64,000 nt of DNA from Tubulanus polymorphus (GCF_964204645.1 NC_134031.1:5828001-5892000); one strand, 5' to 3'; shown: positions 26,701 through 38,941, counted from the stretch's first letter. Numbers and translations are program-made. The notes: a model not told the origin generated them from the sequence alone.

Positions 26701-29600
26701 TATGATTTTATGGCTCAGCGTGGTTTTCATTTCAACCCCAAACTACTTTAATTTACAAAGCGTCGGTGAAGAATGCGATATCACGAACTCGCATCATATC
26801 TGATGAAATGGATTCGCGCGAAACGTTTGCCGTATTGGACGAATCGAATAAAAGATTCATTCGTACTTCATATTTTGGAAATCGAACTCGGCAGAAACGA
26901 TCGCCTGAAAAGCAAATAGATGAATTTCATTGATTCACAAAACCACTTAACTAAATTGATTTTCGAATATCGTTAATCAATCTTTTAGCCGTAAACCTTA
27001 TAAACGCGCTAAGCATTAATTCATCGTTTGAACGTCGCGGGATTTCTCATTGACCTAGATACGGAAGACAAAACGCGTGTAATATTTCACGTCACATTTT
27101 TGTCCATTTTCAAGAGCGTCAATTTGACGCTTTCTATTTAGCAATTTCATTACATCCTAGTGACTTACAGCTGATCAGGTCACACAATATACATACATAT
27201 CTGAAAAGAAGCACTCGGTGATAGGTTATATAAGCCAGTAGTTTGACGTTGTCACGAGACTGCATCATCCGGCTGATACACTTATCCCCGGCACGTAGCG
27301 AGAACGACTGTGATTTTTATTCAATAAGATGTTTATATCACATTTCATGAAAATGCACGATGAATAGCGATAACTACACACGTTAGTTTATACATGTATA
27401 CATACATATATTCCTATATATTCAATGTTTTTACATGTTCCTATATTCGAATGGACTGAGGGTCAGCTTACACCCTAGACCGAGGAGGAAAGATGCGTCT
27501 TTAGTGAATTTGACAGGTTCGACAAATGAGCGCATTAAATGCCAAGGTCTTCGCGCAGCAGCGCAGGAATTCGTAAATTAACCAATCATGATTTTCCCCG
27601 GGGAGATTGTTCGGCTTTTTGCGAATATCCACGTAGGTTCACGCACCAAGCGCGTAACCGCCCTGTGAATCGAAAATAAGGTACACTCGTTGCATCTCGG
27701 AAGTTTGATACAAAAATATACAAGGGTGACGTTACATTCTGCGTGTACCGCTTGCGATTGTCCTTCACCTTGACTGATAGCAGACATACGAAAGATGCTC
27801 ATGTCAGTAATGCGTGAAGTAAGGCCTACTTTTCTTTCCAATTTACCCATTTTTCCACCGAGTTTGTGCTAATCTCTATCCCGCGTTTGTTGTAAAAAAA
27901 CTTTCCAGTGGTAAAAAGGCTAAAGTATTCTCTCGTTGACCGATATCCCTAATTCCCAACACCACGAGCGACTTGTACGTCAGTATAAGGTTAGTACATG
28001 TCGTGTCGTGATCCGTATTATGTCGTTTTTTCCTTTCCTATTCAATTCCTCTCTTTATCTTATTGTATTTTCTTTCTTTCCTAAGGGCCGCTTTCTTGTA
28101 CATGCTAACTGTTGCTTCAAACCAGTCGTCATTCATCTAATATTATCATTACAGTTTTATTATAATTGTTTATTCATTTATTCTGTAAAAAGAATTCATA
28201 TGAAAAAAAGTTAATCATTACGTTCCATAACTCATGGACGCAAGGTAATTCCCTGCTCAGAACACAATCACCGAAATTACTATTTTCCAACGCTCGTTCG
28301 TCTGCCGACGCAGTTAATCACGTGACGCGCTATACTAAACAGACGACGAATTAAACCACGTGATTGGCAAATATAACCGGACAGAAGATTTATTTGCAAT
28401 GTCTATTTGTTCGGGGTTGAAATAAAGCGCATTTACCTGCATATTTCATGACTTCCATTATACTGTGGTTGTCAGTAGAAACGTAAATTATCGCTCCGAA
28501 CGCTTTTTATTAGGAGAGCATTTTACGTGATATGTATTCACATTCGTGGCGCTGCATTCTTTGCACATTGCGGAGATAGATATGAAAATCCACATGAATG
28601 CGAACAAGGCCGTCAAAGATGACGAAAATATGGATACTTTGGATTTCAAATCTTTCACTTTTGAGGCCCAAACGAAACTATATGGTGTAATTCCTTGCTC
28701 ATATCTTTCACTTTTGAGTAAATAAAAATAAAACTGCAAGATTGTAATAGCCCAAGTAACTCTTGCCCCGTTATAGTCTCTGCGTTTGAATTGACATTGA
28801 AATTGACTCGAATACGTGTTGAATTGATAACCAAACTAGACAGTCCTGGAGATGTATTTTTAGAATGTGTAGGTTATCATTGCATGCGAACACGAATGGA
28901 GATAATTTTTGAAGTCTCTGAACAGAGATGTCCGCCGGCGCGTGTATATATATATTCAACAAACCGTCGCATCAATATTTGCGTCATTTTATCCACAACG
29001 TAAACATCCCGCAGCGAATCATCAATTTATCTGCGTGAATCATACTTCTGAAATTATAAACTTATGTTTCATATAAGATTTATTGAAATCGATTAAAATC
29101 TTTTTTCGCTACATACACGCACGTTAATTCTGTTCGCGTTTTGCCGCCGGTTTTAACCGGTTCAAAAGAATCATCAGCAACTACAGTCTAAGTGGGTTTG
29201 GTTAATTCTGAGGTTAACGAAATTCTATCTGTCTTCAGAAGTTCTGCTTTCTGATTATTCTAATCGATCAGATCGTGTTAGTTTATTTTTGATTTCATCC
29301 ACAAGTCGGGACAAATGCTGCACAAATTGTTATTCGTAAGCATAAACTAAATTCATCTTTGAGATATTATTAAGTAGACATACGAACGTTATATGAAAGT
29401 TTGCTTTGAAGTATAACAAAAATGTTCGAATTTAGTTTCAAGTTAGATTTCTGTTGAATGGCTATTATTTGTAAATATCGATTTCCGTCCGACTCACTTA
29501 TAGTCGGGCACCAGATTATTAAGAAGGTGTCTAGAAATGCAGGTTCGTTCAACAAAAATGTTTGATTGATCTTGGAAACACTGTTTCCTACGCTAAAAGT

Positions 29601-30209
29601 TAGCTAACTCCAATGCATACGACGCAGGCAAACACGGAAACAGAAGACAAAACATGTTTACGAAAGTTTCCGTCGTGTGCGTTTACGAGAAAACATATTT
29701 TCGGGAAATAACGTTCCGAGATCAAATATTTTTTCCGTGTTTCCCCAGTTTCTCTGCGTCGTGTGCGTCGGACATGACAGAGGGAAACACTCGAAAACAC
29801 GGTTCTGTCTCCTGTTCCATGTCTCCGTGCGTCGTGTGCGTCGGACATGACAGAGGGAAACACTCGGAAACACGGTTCTGTCTCCTGTTCCATGTCTCCG
29901 TGCGTCGTGTGCGTCGGACATGACAGAGGGAAACACTCGGAAACACGGTTCTGTCTCCTGTTCCATGTCTCCGTGCGTCGTGTGCGTCGGACATGACAGA
30001 GGGAAACACTCGGAAACACGGTTCTGTCTCCTGTTCCATGTCTCCGTGCGTCGTGTGCGTCGGACATGACAGAGGGAAACACTCGGAAACACGGTTCTGT
30101 CTCCTGTCCCATGTCTCCGTGCGTCGTGTGCGTCGGACATGACAGAGGGAAACACGGTTCTGTCTCCTGTTCCATGTCTCCGTGCGTCGTGTGCGTTGGA
30201 AGGCTTTAA
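29601..30209. mobile_element. MITE with long imperfect TIRs containing a 73-bp tandem array
   Basis: Left tccaatgcatacgacgca..aacacggaaacagaagaca matches the reverse complement of the right end tgtctcctgttccatgtctccgtgcgtcgtgtgcgttgga. Confidence 0.7.
29755..30196. repeat. Minisatellite, about 6 x 73 bp
   Basis: gacatgacag recurs at 29771, 29844, 29917, 29990, 30063, 30136; near-identical units, last unit with an 11-bp deletion. Confidence 0.97.
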
Positions 30210-30749
30210 CCGATCAGCGTAGAACTACAGACAGCAGACGACTTTTCTCTCCCGCAGGTGAGATATCCGGGGTTCGGTCTTTTTATCGGTCACGCTGATG
30301 CCTAGATAAACAAGACGTTTTTCAGCATTAATAGCCTCTCTCTCTCTAAATCAAGCCAGATTGCGGTTCATGTCGCGTAGAGCACAAGCGCATAGACCGG
30401 CGTTTTATTCGGCTATTAATCACCGCAAAACCGTGTCCATTCTTTTCACATCTGGCACGGTTTAGTGATTTACGGTAAGATCTTTCTCCAGGGACGGACC
30501 GATCATATTTGATGGGTATATATGCTGGGAGGCTGTCACGAGAAGACACTTTACTGCCATTAACCGGTAATCCCCTTATTGGAACCTGGAGAACTACGAC
30601 ACCATTATACTCTCGTCCTAAATTACCTATAATATCTATCGCATTTATATGTACATACACCGTATGCGTCTTGTAAACTTGGCTCAAATACTACAATGGT
30701 TATTTATTAGAAATGAGTGTGAAAACCAGGCTGTGCCTGTTTAGATGAA

Positions 30750-31160
30750 CAAGAAAACTAGCTTTAAAGTTTATTGACGTCTTGAAAAATAACACATATC
30801 TTGCTTGATATTGTCGATGATAAATGATATATAAATCATACTTTATCAAGGATCAATATAGTTATTTTGGATTCGAATATATCGATGATTGAATTGAATT
30901 GACCGGCGACCAGTCTAGCCCCATATATTGATGACGCAGTGTACATCTTCTAAAAAAATACGTAAATTCTGAAATTTATCAAAAATAAGATGTATTTAAT
31001 TACCAAATTAACGCAAAATTCACAATTGTGATTTTTATTTCGAAACACCAACATTGATGACGTATTGCACATCAACTAACACATAACCCCTTAAATAACT
31101 CATACTATAGGAATCAATGTGTATAGACGTTATTGTAACGGTTTTTACGGCGTCAAAAAT
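30750..31160 (-). repeat. Inverted copy of the 2880-3295 repeat family
   Basis: aacaagaaaacta ... gaattgaattgaccggcgaccagtctagcccc ... tattgtaacggtttttacggcgtcaaaa. Confidence 0.8.
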
Positions 31161-31595
31161 TGAAGTTCAAACTTTCAAACCAAATCTCCGGCTTCCCGGA
31201 ATTAGTTTTACCGGGTTTTGCCGCTGTCTTCATGCTGAATAAACAAGTGTTTTTTACCAGAAAATACAGATCTGACGGCGAAAACTTCCTAATCGCATTG
31301 AACGATGAAAGACCACTAATTAATGCGAGTCAGGAGGTAAAGTGAGTGATCAGCTGTACGCCGTCCCCGGGGAAATTGAGCGTACTTCAGTCGAGAGTGT
31401 ACTGCAATTTTCTGTTGAATAGGTCGCGTTAATATGAGCGCCGACCTAACAGTATACGTCACTCATTCCCGTTACAGTTGCAATATTCCGTGGGCTTGCA
31501 TCGTGTAAAAAAGTCATGTTGTTGAGGCAAATAAGTTTTTCATGGAAAAGTAAACAAAGTAACCACTTGATTGGGTTAAATTCTAGATATAGATA

Positions 31596-31764
31596 TAGTC
31601 AAACCCAACCACCCACCCACATACCACCACCCCGCCTACTGCCAGGTTTGCTCAATGTACATCTCTATACAAATACATAGTAAAACACCCTGATGTACCG
31701 CCATACTCTCTATACCGCCAAAATCGTTCTGCACCGATGTGGGCGGTATATCGGGGGTTGACTG
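31596..31764. mobile_element. Tc1/pogo (Tigger-like) MITE
   Basis: TA|tagtcaaaccc ... gggggttgactg|TA; internal taccgcc repeats. Confidence 0.6.
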
Positions 31765-31779
31765 TATATCAATATGTTC

Positions 31780-32092
31780 GGCCAGTATATGGCTAACCGC
31801 GTACGAAGCGGTCAATGTCGTCGAAAGAGACGGGGCCAACATAAACGGTTGGTGCTTCTTCGTTCCTCGGTGCAGGACCGACCAATTCCGACATTCAACT
31901 ATCGTCAGGACAGCAATAGACTGTAATCACCTCAGCGATTACATAGTCAGCAAACTGACTCCAGAGGGATTCCTAAATAGCCGCCCTCTGCGCGACACAG
32001 ACCAGCGCCTATAACATTCACTTATCTATCTATCCCGTTCGCATATATGCCATACTTGGAGGCAGCAACCTACCATACAGATACAGATACAA
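31780..32092 (+). mobile_element. CR1-type LINE 3' end
   Basis: FFVPRCRTDQFRHSTIVRTAIDCNHLSDYIVSKLTPEGF matches the CR1 C-terminal motif RT..YK.SFFPRT..DWN.LP..IV; ends in a (TACAGA)n tail. Confidence 0.8.
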
Positions 32093-32599
32093 TTTTCAGA
32101 AAGATTCTAACGCATTTGAGCTGGTCGTCTGCAGGTAAATAAACGAATCGGAATTTGATAATGAAATAGAAGTTGAACCAGGGTGTCGTCTGTATGTCTA
32201 GGGCGTTTTCCATTCCGTAAGAAAAAAATCTACTGTACACGAAAAATGCGAATGATTACAGAAGGTTGATTCACTTTCGGGCAATAAAATACTATGCTGG
32301 GTCTATTAATTAACAAATATAGCTTCAAGCCAAAACAGAAATTAGTGAAGCATTTGGTATCAGTCTTTTTCGTGCGTGCCTGAATAATGCACGGAACTGT
32401 TATTTCTATTATCGATTCTCCGTGAAAAGCATACGATGTAGTAATCTTAGCGGATAAAAACCTTTTTCCGAAACGCGACTCGTCTTTCCTTACACCCACT
32501 ACACGTTCAAAGGCCGATCGTAATAAAGAATCGATACAAAGAGTAGTAATGACCCAATCAATCTATCAATATGGCAACATATCAGCTATTAGTCAACTA

Positions 32600-32897
32600 C
32601 CATCTTATCTTAGTTATTACTGGACGAAATAAAAGCGCGGAGGCCTTCTCGTCAAAGATTCTGAGTTCGGAGGGAGGATATACATGTTCCGGGAGGTACC
32701 TTGGTCTATATATCATAACCTACACGAACCTAGTTCAATCCTTTACGGCCCTTGTGCTCCTGATGTGCATCTCAGAGTTTCCTCTACGAAGGGAGCGAAT
32801 TCCTTCCCCACCTCCCATCCTCCCTCGGCAGGGATTCGACCCTGGTGACATCGAGACTCGCTTATATACGAAACCCTGCTACACTAGGTTATCGGAT
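32600..32897 (-). mobile_element. tRNA-derived SINE-like element
   Basis: Minus strand: head with B-box-like gggtcgaatccc, ~250-nt body, (TAAGA)n-like tail; head homologous to 33238-33330. Confidence 0.55.
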
Positions 32898-33237
32898 ATG
32901 TCGAACTAAGTGAAACCGAATGTCAGTCAGTCGGTACTATGGTCCGGAAATAGTGGACCACGGGATTAAGCACGGTCGCGGTAGTTCCGAATAAGTTTCA
33001 AGATGGCCGACACTGTAAAATGCGTTACGACCGCGTTCGGTTATTACAAGTTCCGACCACTAGTCGACTAACTACGAAAACCGAAGTTCGCCTTAGCTGA
33101 TGTCATTATTAGCCAATCAGACATCCTGTTTTATTTTAGCCCGGGTTTTTCCATTCATAGTTCTTCCGAGAAATTTGCCTCAGCGATTATGCAACGAGCA
33201 ATCTGGTAAGTGTGGCAAACCTGCGCATCTACCTGCG

Positions 33238-33330
33238 CATCCGGTCACGTGTGTCAGGGTTTCGCGCGGTAGCTGAGTCTACCGATACCACCAGGTTCGA
33301 CTCCCTGCCGAGCGGCGAATGCCCCACCTT
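33238..33330 (+). mobile_element. tRNA-derived SINE-like head, second copy
   Basis: cagggtttcg..agc.gagtct..cgat..caccaGGTTCGACTCCctgccgag aligns with the reverse complement of 32820-32897; intact B box. Confidence 0.55.
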
Positions 33331-33987
33331 CCTACTCCACCAAACACTTGGACAAGGTCCTCGAATATCCCATAAACCCATTTTTTGTTTTGTCTTATTG
33401 TCTAAAGCAACTGGTTCTTAGTTGGATAGGAATCGTGCATTGAATTCATGTGCAAATCGATTCAAGAATTATATATTTGAATATATTTATGCTATATGTC
33501 GTATATTTTGAAGATCAGGGCGTCAATAACAGTGAAGTCTGTCATCGGTATCGGTTGTAAATCAATGAAATTGTACTGAAAACATCGCAAAATTGCAGGA
33601 ATTCTTTTGTTTAAAATGTGGGAAACAGTGGAATAATCGATAATACTATTCCGTTCACCTTTTATCGTGGAAATCATCTCGATATAGAATTTGACAGATA
33701 TACTGCCCTCGTCGACAGATCGATCCGTTTACAAAGACAAATAACCTTTAGGCCTAAATATAGTTAAGTGCTTAAGTTTCGAAAATGAATCTCGAGCATT
33801 ATTGAAATTTTGATAAATGCATCAAAAAAATGTTTATTCAAGATTATATATATATACTTTGCAAAACTAGACCTAGTGGCCGGTTTCTAAGTCGAAAGCC
33901 TACGGCAAGCAGCATGTTTTTTTGTAAGATATGATTAGCCAACCTTCAACATTTGATAAAACACTATATCCGTGTTGCGGCGATAAT

Positions 33988-34190
33988 AGCCGCGATCACA
34001 CGAGCATTTTCGGCCTGGGCCAGATTTGGCCCGGAACAACTGTTCACACCGGTGCCAAATGTGCCCGAGCCTGTTTGGCCCGAGCCAAATTTGGCCCGAC
34101 CAAGAACGTCGTACCAGGACCGAGCCTAATTTTAGCATCAGGCAAATGATTGCGTTTGAATTGCAACTGGCACCGGAAATGATCCGGAAT
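33988..34190. mobile_element. Partial AGCCGCGATCAC-family MITE
   Basis: agccgcgatcacacgagcatttt terminus and aaatttggcccg repeats; abuts the element at 34191. Confidence 0.75.
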
Positions 34191-34381
34191 ATATAGGGAT
34201 AATCTCACAATGAAAACGATCGATGAAGTCAGAAAATGTTTCCTAGAGCTAGTAGTTTATTCGAATACGCTATTCCTGAGGATGCCTATTAGAATGTAGT
34301 CGAAACGTCGAATAAACTACTAGGGCAAGGAAACATTTTCGGACTTTGTCATTCGTTACCATTGTGGGATTTTCTCTATAT
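34191..34381. mobile_element. Palindromic repeat (~75-bp arms) enclosing a minimal hammerhead motif
   Basis: Arms atataggga..aatctcacaatg..aagtcagaaaatgtttcct..ctagtagtttattcga and tcgaataaactactag..aggaaacattttcggactt..cattgtgggatt..tctctatat. Confidence 0.85.
34271..34314 (+). ncRNA. Minimal type I hammerhead ribozyme motif (Penelope-type)
   Basis: Stem I tattc/gaata; core CTGAGGA 34276-34282; extra T; stem II gccta/tagtc (one mismatch); GAAA 34302-34305; palindromic ACGT in place of stem III; GTC cleavage triplet ending 34309. Confidence 0.6.
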
Positions 34382-35030
34382 TAGCCAATCTTGATCCTAC
34401 GTATCTTACTTCGAACTGCCTTTTCTATCTTGATTTAATCTAAGGGAAAATGTGCCACTTTGTTGTGAATGACTATGAAAATCGAGGTTTCATATTCATT
34501 AACATGAAATATACTTTTAAACATAATATCCTGCTATAATATGTATACATACTCACAATTCTCTATCGTTCCTTGTGTTTGAAAGAAAACCTTTAAAATT
34601 TCCTTATAGCGAGAGAAAGTGTACCACGCCTATGATTGGCAGACTGACACTACTACAGTTACCTGTGTATCCCTGACAACAGCTGTAAATGTGTAAACTG
34701 GGTTTTTCAATTTGATCTAGTTATCATAAATTGCGGCGGCTTCTAATGACCGATTAAATGTGCATCATCGAAAGACTATAGTCTGTACATCAATTCTTGA
34801 ATATGCGATATGTTTTACCCACCCTCGCGCGAAAGACCGCGCAAATCTTGGACGCGGCTAAACCATCGATTTTATACCATTCCTGTGGGAGAAGCATCGT
34901 CAAAGAGTTCTTTTACACTCAGGTTGAATCAGAGGAAAGGGCATCCATTTTTTTTAATTTCCTTAAAACAAACGTTCCTGTGGCTACAAACCATGATCTT
35001 AATTTTTGAAAAACCACTTCAGTTTATTTA

Positions 35031-35344
35031 AAGAGGCGGATCCAGACATGAGCACGAGAAGCACGTGCTCCCGTCACAATTTTCCCATGCCCTTTCGAAC
35101 GAATATACAGTGGCTATATTTTTTCAGGGCACTTTTTCCATACGACAGCAGTCCGCAGATATAAGATCCAGCTTATATCATGTGTGACCCTCAGGTGCCG
35201 AGAAATTGTATGAAAATGCACTGAAATTTCAAATTTCCCCAGACCATTGTATTTACGTACGTAGCTGCGTAGATACTTAACATGACCTTTTCGGTATATA
35301 TACCCTTTTCATTTGTTTGTGCTCCTGTCAAAGGGTCCGCCCTG
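35031..35344. mobile_element. MITE, CAGGGGCGGATCC family, 5-bp TSD
   Basis: aagaggcggatcc ... gggtccgccctg flanked by ATTTA on both sides. Confidence 0.75.
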
Positions 35345-35715
35345 ATTTACCTACGGAATACCAAGACGACTTAACGACTTGCAATGAGAATGATTTACAA
35401 AGATTGAATCGGATGAAATAGATATGAAGTAATATAGGGGCGCATTATCATTTGAAGTGTCCCCGGTTCTTTCCATCCTTCACGAAGCCTATTCAGTTTC
35501 AGTTTATCAAGTTTCACAAATAAAAGGATTCTACCTCAATGAGTTTATTATACAATTTCATGAAACAGGATGCGCTGTCGACCAGTCATATTTCTCCCGA
35601 GGTTTTCATGCTTATCACCAAAACGTACTGAACCGTTCAGCTCCTTTTACTCACTCCCTTTGTTTGATTCGTGTAAATTCATTCTCTACTCAGCATGCCT
35701 GGTGATGGCTAACAA

Positions 35716-35867
35716 CACAGGGGCTTGTCAGAATTGATAGTGAATGAATAAACCTGTATCAATAACCAACCCCAGTATCCCTGTAGTTTTTTTTTACACA
35801 GGGATATTGGGGTTGGTCATTGATACTGGTTTTATTCATTCACTATCAATTCTGACAAGTCCCCGTG
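35716..35867. mobile_element. Fold-back MITE with 8-bp TSD (P- or hAT-like)
   Basis: ~70-bp near-perfect inverted arms cacaggggcttgtcagaattgatagtgaatgaataaa.../...tttattcattcactatcaattctgacaagtccccgtg; flanks gctaacaa/actaacaa. Confidence 0.9.
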
Positions 35868-37312
35868 ACTAACAATAGTCTTTGGTGTCGCTCAAATAGT
35901 ATATGCATACTTTTATTCAAGAACTTTACGCAGATTTAACAAGTGAAGCCGAATCGGGAACAAGTAATGGTTACTTGTTCCTTATTCGAGGGTGAATTCT
36001 GAATAAGTAACAGGCCTCTAAAGAGGCAGTGAGACATCGTCTGTTGGTTGTTTGGATGTATTCGATACTAGGGGATGCGATTTCATTAAAACTACAGCGA
36101 CGAATCGATTTAGGGTGTTTGAGTGAAGGTAGAGGCGAACAAGAAAATTAACTTTGATAAATTATTTGACGCCTGCGAAAAAATGTAGAATTTCTGGGAT
36201 AAGCTAATGTGGAATTGCAAATTTGAAATCGAATTATAAGAAATTTGGGGAATTATGAGATTTGGCGATTGGGTAGATGATACAGTCTTCGACTGGTCTA
36301 ATTAAAAAAAAAAATGTCAACTTGTGACCGACTTCGATTCACTTTTGCCTCTAAGCTGGTCTGCAACTTCATTGCCTCCATGGTTGAAGAAAGAGCTCTT
36401 CTGATGTCTGCTTCATCATGACTTCGAGCATATCGTGTAGCCAGCCGGCCCGGTCCCGGGGCTCGGTTTGGCTGTCACTCGATATCCTAGACTTGAGTCT
36501 GGGTTGAAGTAGACATTGTCATTTAAATAACTTATTCATGTTATTCTGTATGAATTACCCGTGTCTTGTATTTGTATTTTCTTAGTTTAAAATTTGTAAC
36601 TTTATTGAATTTGGGAATTTTATCCGGGAATTTCAATGTAATAAGGATCAATAAAGTATTGAATTGAATTGTCACCTTTTATACACATGCCATCAGTGGA
36701 CGCGGAGCCGTATATGACAGCTATGCTATTATAAATTGCTAATCTCATGAAACCTGCATACCCCTAATATCGAACATATTTTCTAAAACATTTGAATATT
36801 GAAATTATATGTTTACACGTTTTTATATAGACCGCTTGTAGCCGCCGATGAAATTCACGCCGGCCCTACTCAGATCGTAGATAGCTTCGTCATCCCACTA
36901 GCATCCCCATGACAGGGTCTGACTTTTATATCAGACTTCCAAATCGTGTATACATCCGCCATTTAACCGAATAATCCGATTTACTTATCATTTCTTTTTA
37001 TGCCTGCCGCTCCTGATATAATCATACATCCTTTACTATTACAATACGTCTTCTCATGATATTCAATGCAATATAACATTCCGACGTTCAAATAGAGGTC
37101 ATTATATAATCACAGGGAGCCATTCTACATCTTTATCAATAATATTTTGCCAAATAGCTTGTATGTGTACACATAAACCTGTGACGTTTTGCACATCGAT
37201 TTACGGTTGTCCTTTGTAAAATGACGCTGAATGGTTAGCATTGTTTAGGTTTCATAATGGTAACGTTTTTTAAGGCGTCAAAAAAATATTAAAAAGTCAA
37301 ACCGGGAACCAG

Positions 37313-37478
37313 TAACAAGTGAAGCCGAATTGGGAACAAGTAATGGTTATTTACGTATTACTTATTCGAAAAATTAAACCTAACCGTAACACAAGTATCA
37401 GTAACTGTTCCTCATTTGAGAGAATATTTCAATAAGTAACTGAATAAGGAACAAGGAACATGTAACCAACTTCACTGG
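37313..37478. repeat. Interspersed GTAAC-rich repeat (partial copy at 35937-36012)
   Basis: taacaagtgaagccgaat(c/t)gggaacaagtaatggtta present at both loci; agtgaag/cttcact inverted ends in this copy. Confidence 0.7.
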
Positions 37479-37639
37479 GCTGATTTATTGTGGGATTTCT
37501 CACGTATACCTAGATTTCAGAGATATGAGATATGAGATATGACGACATTTTCTTCAATACCGAATGACGAAGAAAACCTGAACACTTGAACTGTACCCGA
37601 TAGATCAGTTGATACAAGGAGAGAATAACGACATATAAT

Positions 37640-38941
37640 TCAAATTCAGATTTAAAGCATTTTATTGCATAGTTTGAATTAGATATATATACATTGATAT
37701 GCGAGCACTGTTCATCATTCAATAAATTGCATTATTTTTCGTCATTTCTATATATTTACAATGAGATCAGAAGCTATGGGGAATAGTGAGTAAGAAATGT
37801 GGGTAAAATTTCCACAATTTACATCCAGTTGGCCTGAATTTCTCTTTTAAATCGAATTAGTTTCTTCTTCGATGAGTATATAAACCTGTTCAATTTCGAA
37901 TCGATTTACGTAGAATGAATGAATATTTCTCGACCAGGATTGCGATGAGCTGAGGGGTCATCCTTGTTACAGCCCCATCGCCAGCTCAGATACTGATAAC
38001 GATAGAATATTGTTTTCTGGTGGTGAAGAAGAACCGCCTGATGAGGAAGAAGATCTTACGTGACTGCACAAGTTTCTTCTTCCCATAGTCACATTTGAAG
38101 AAGTCACATTTGAAAGATTATATATACACGAAATATCGAAAATCGAAAGTTGCAATCATAAAACAATTAGATTTGAATAAAGCACCATTTTTGAGAAGAC
38201 GTTTTAAAATGAAGAAGCAGCCATTGCATAGATTCACGTATAGTTCGCCTTGGCAAATTTCACTCTAAGATCGCGCCACAAGTTTCGATTATCCTCACGA
38301 CATAAGGGGGACTAGTTGCAGTATGGATTTTAGTTATTCCAGACGTTCTCACTGGCGCGGATTCTCACGGCAAGAGCGTCGATATCAAATACTCTCATTT
38401 TACTATCATCGAAAGCCAATTTCATCGTATCGACAAGTCTTGTTTGGCGCGAGCGGCTGAATCAGAATTTCCGATTAATTGTCGCCGTTTGAGCCCGGAG
38501 GCGTGAGGTTTAGATACATTTATATAACGGATACTAAAACTCTACAACTAACTTCGTTTTTAGAATCCAGTTATATCAAGCACGAGTATCAACCAGAGAT
38601 TGGACGAAAGCGCGCGTCATCACGAATTATCACGCGATATTTGCCGAGATCTGTTTCGCCGCGTTCATCGGGTGCATCGTCTGCGTTTGGGGATCAATCC
38701 AAATAAGGTCTGTTGTTTCTGCTGGTATATCGGAACGTTGATGTCGTAATATTCGCGGCGGTATACACAGTCTCTGAGCTCGTTAGCAGTCGAGTGAAGG
38801 AAAGAATTACTATTAAAGAGCCTTGCGTGCACGCATGCGTGTAGCGGCTCTAAGCACCGGGCTTCATTACTGAATGCGAGTCCCTTATGATGTGTCGTTT
38901 CGGCAAAAATTTGCCGAAGACTCTCCGAGAAGCGCTGGTGA
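37640..38941 (-). other. Probable chordin 3' UTR with AATAAA at 37666-37661
   Basis: Follows stop codon at 38942; minus-strand AATAAA followed by T/GT-rich downstream sequence; exact end inferred. Confidence 0.5.

Noticed and set aside
26800-26835. CTGATGA...GAAAC hammerhead-like string
   Set aside because: Stem II and stem I do not pair convincingly.
29600-30175. Overlapping 105-191-aa ORFs and a CRISPR-like look
   Set aside because: Units are contiguous 73-bp repeats with no unique spacers and no cas genes; 73 is not a multiple of 3, so the ORFs just cycle through frames.
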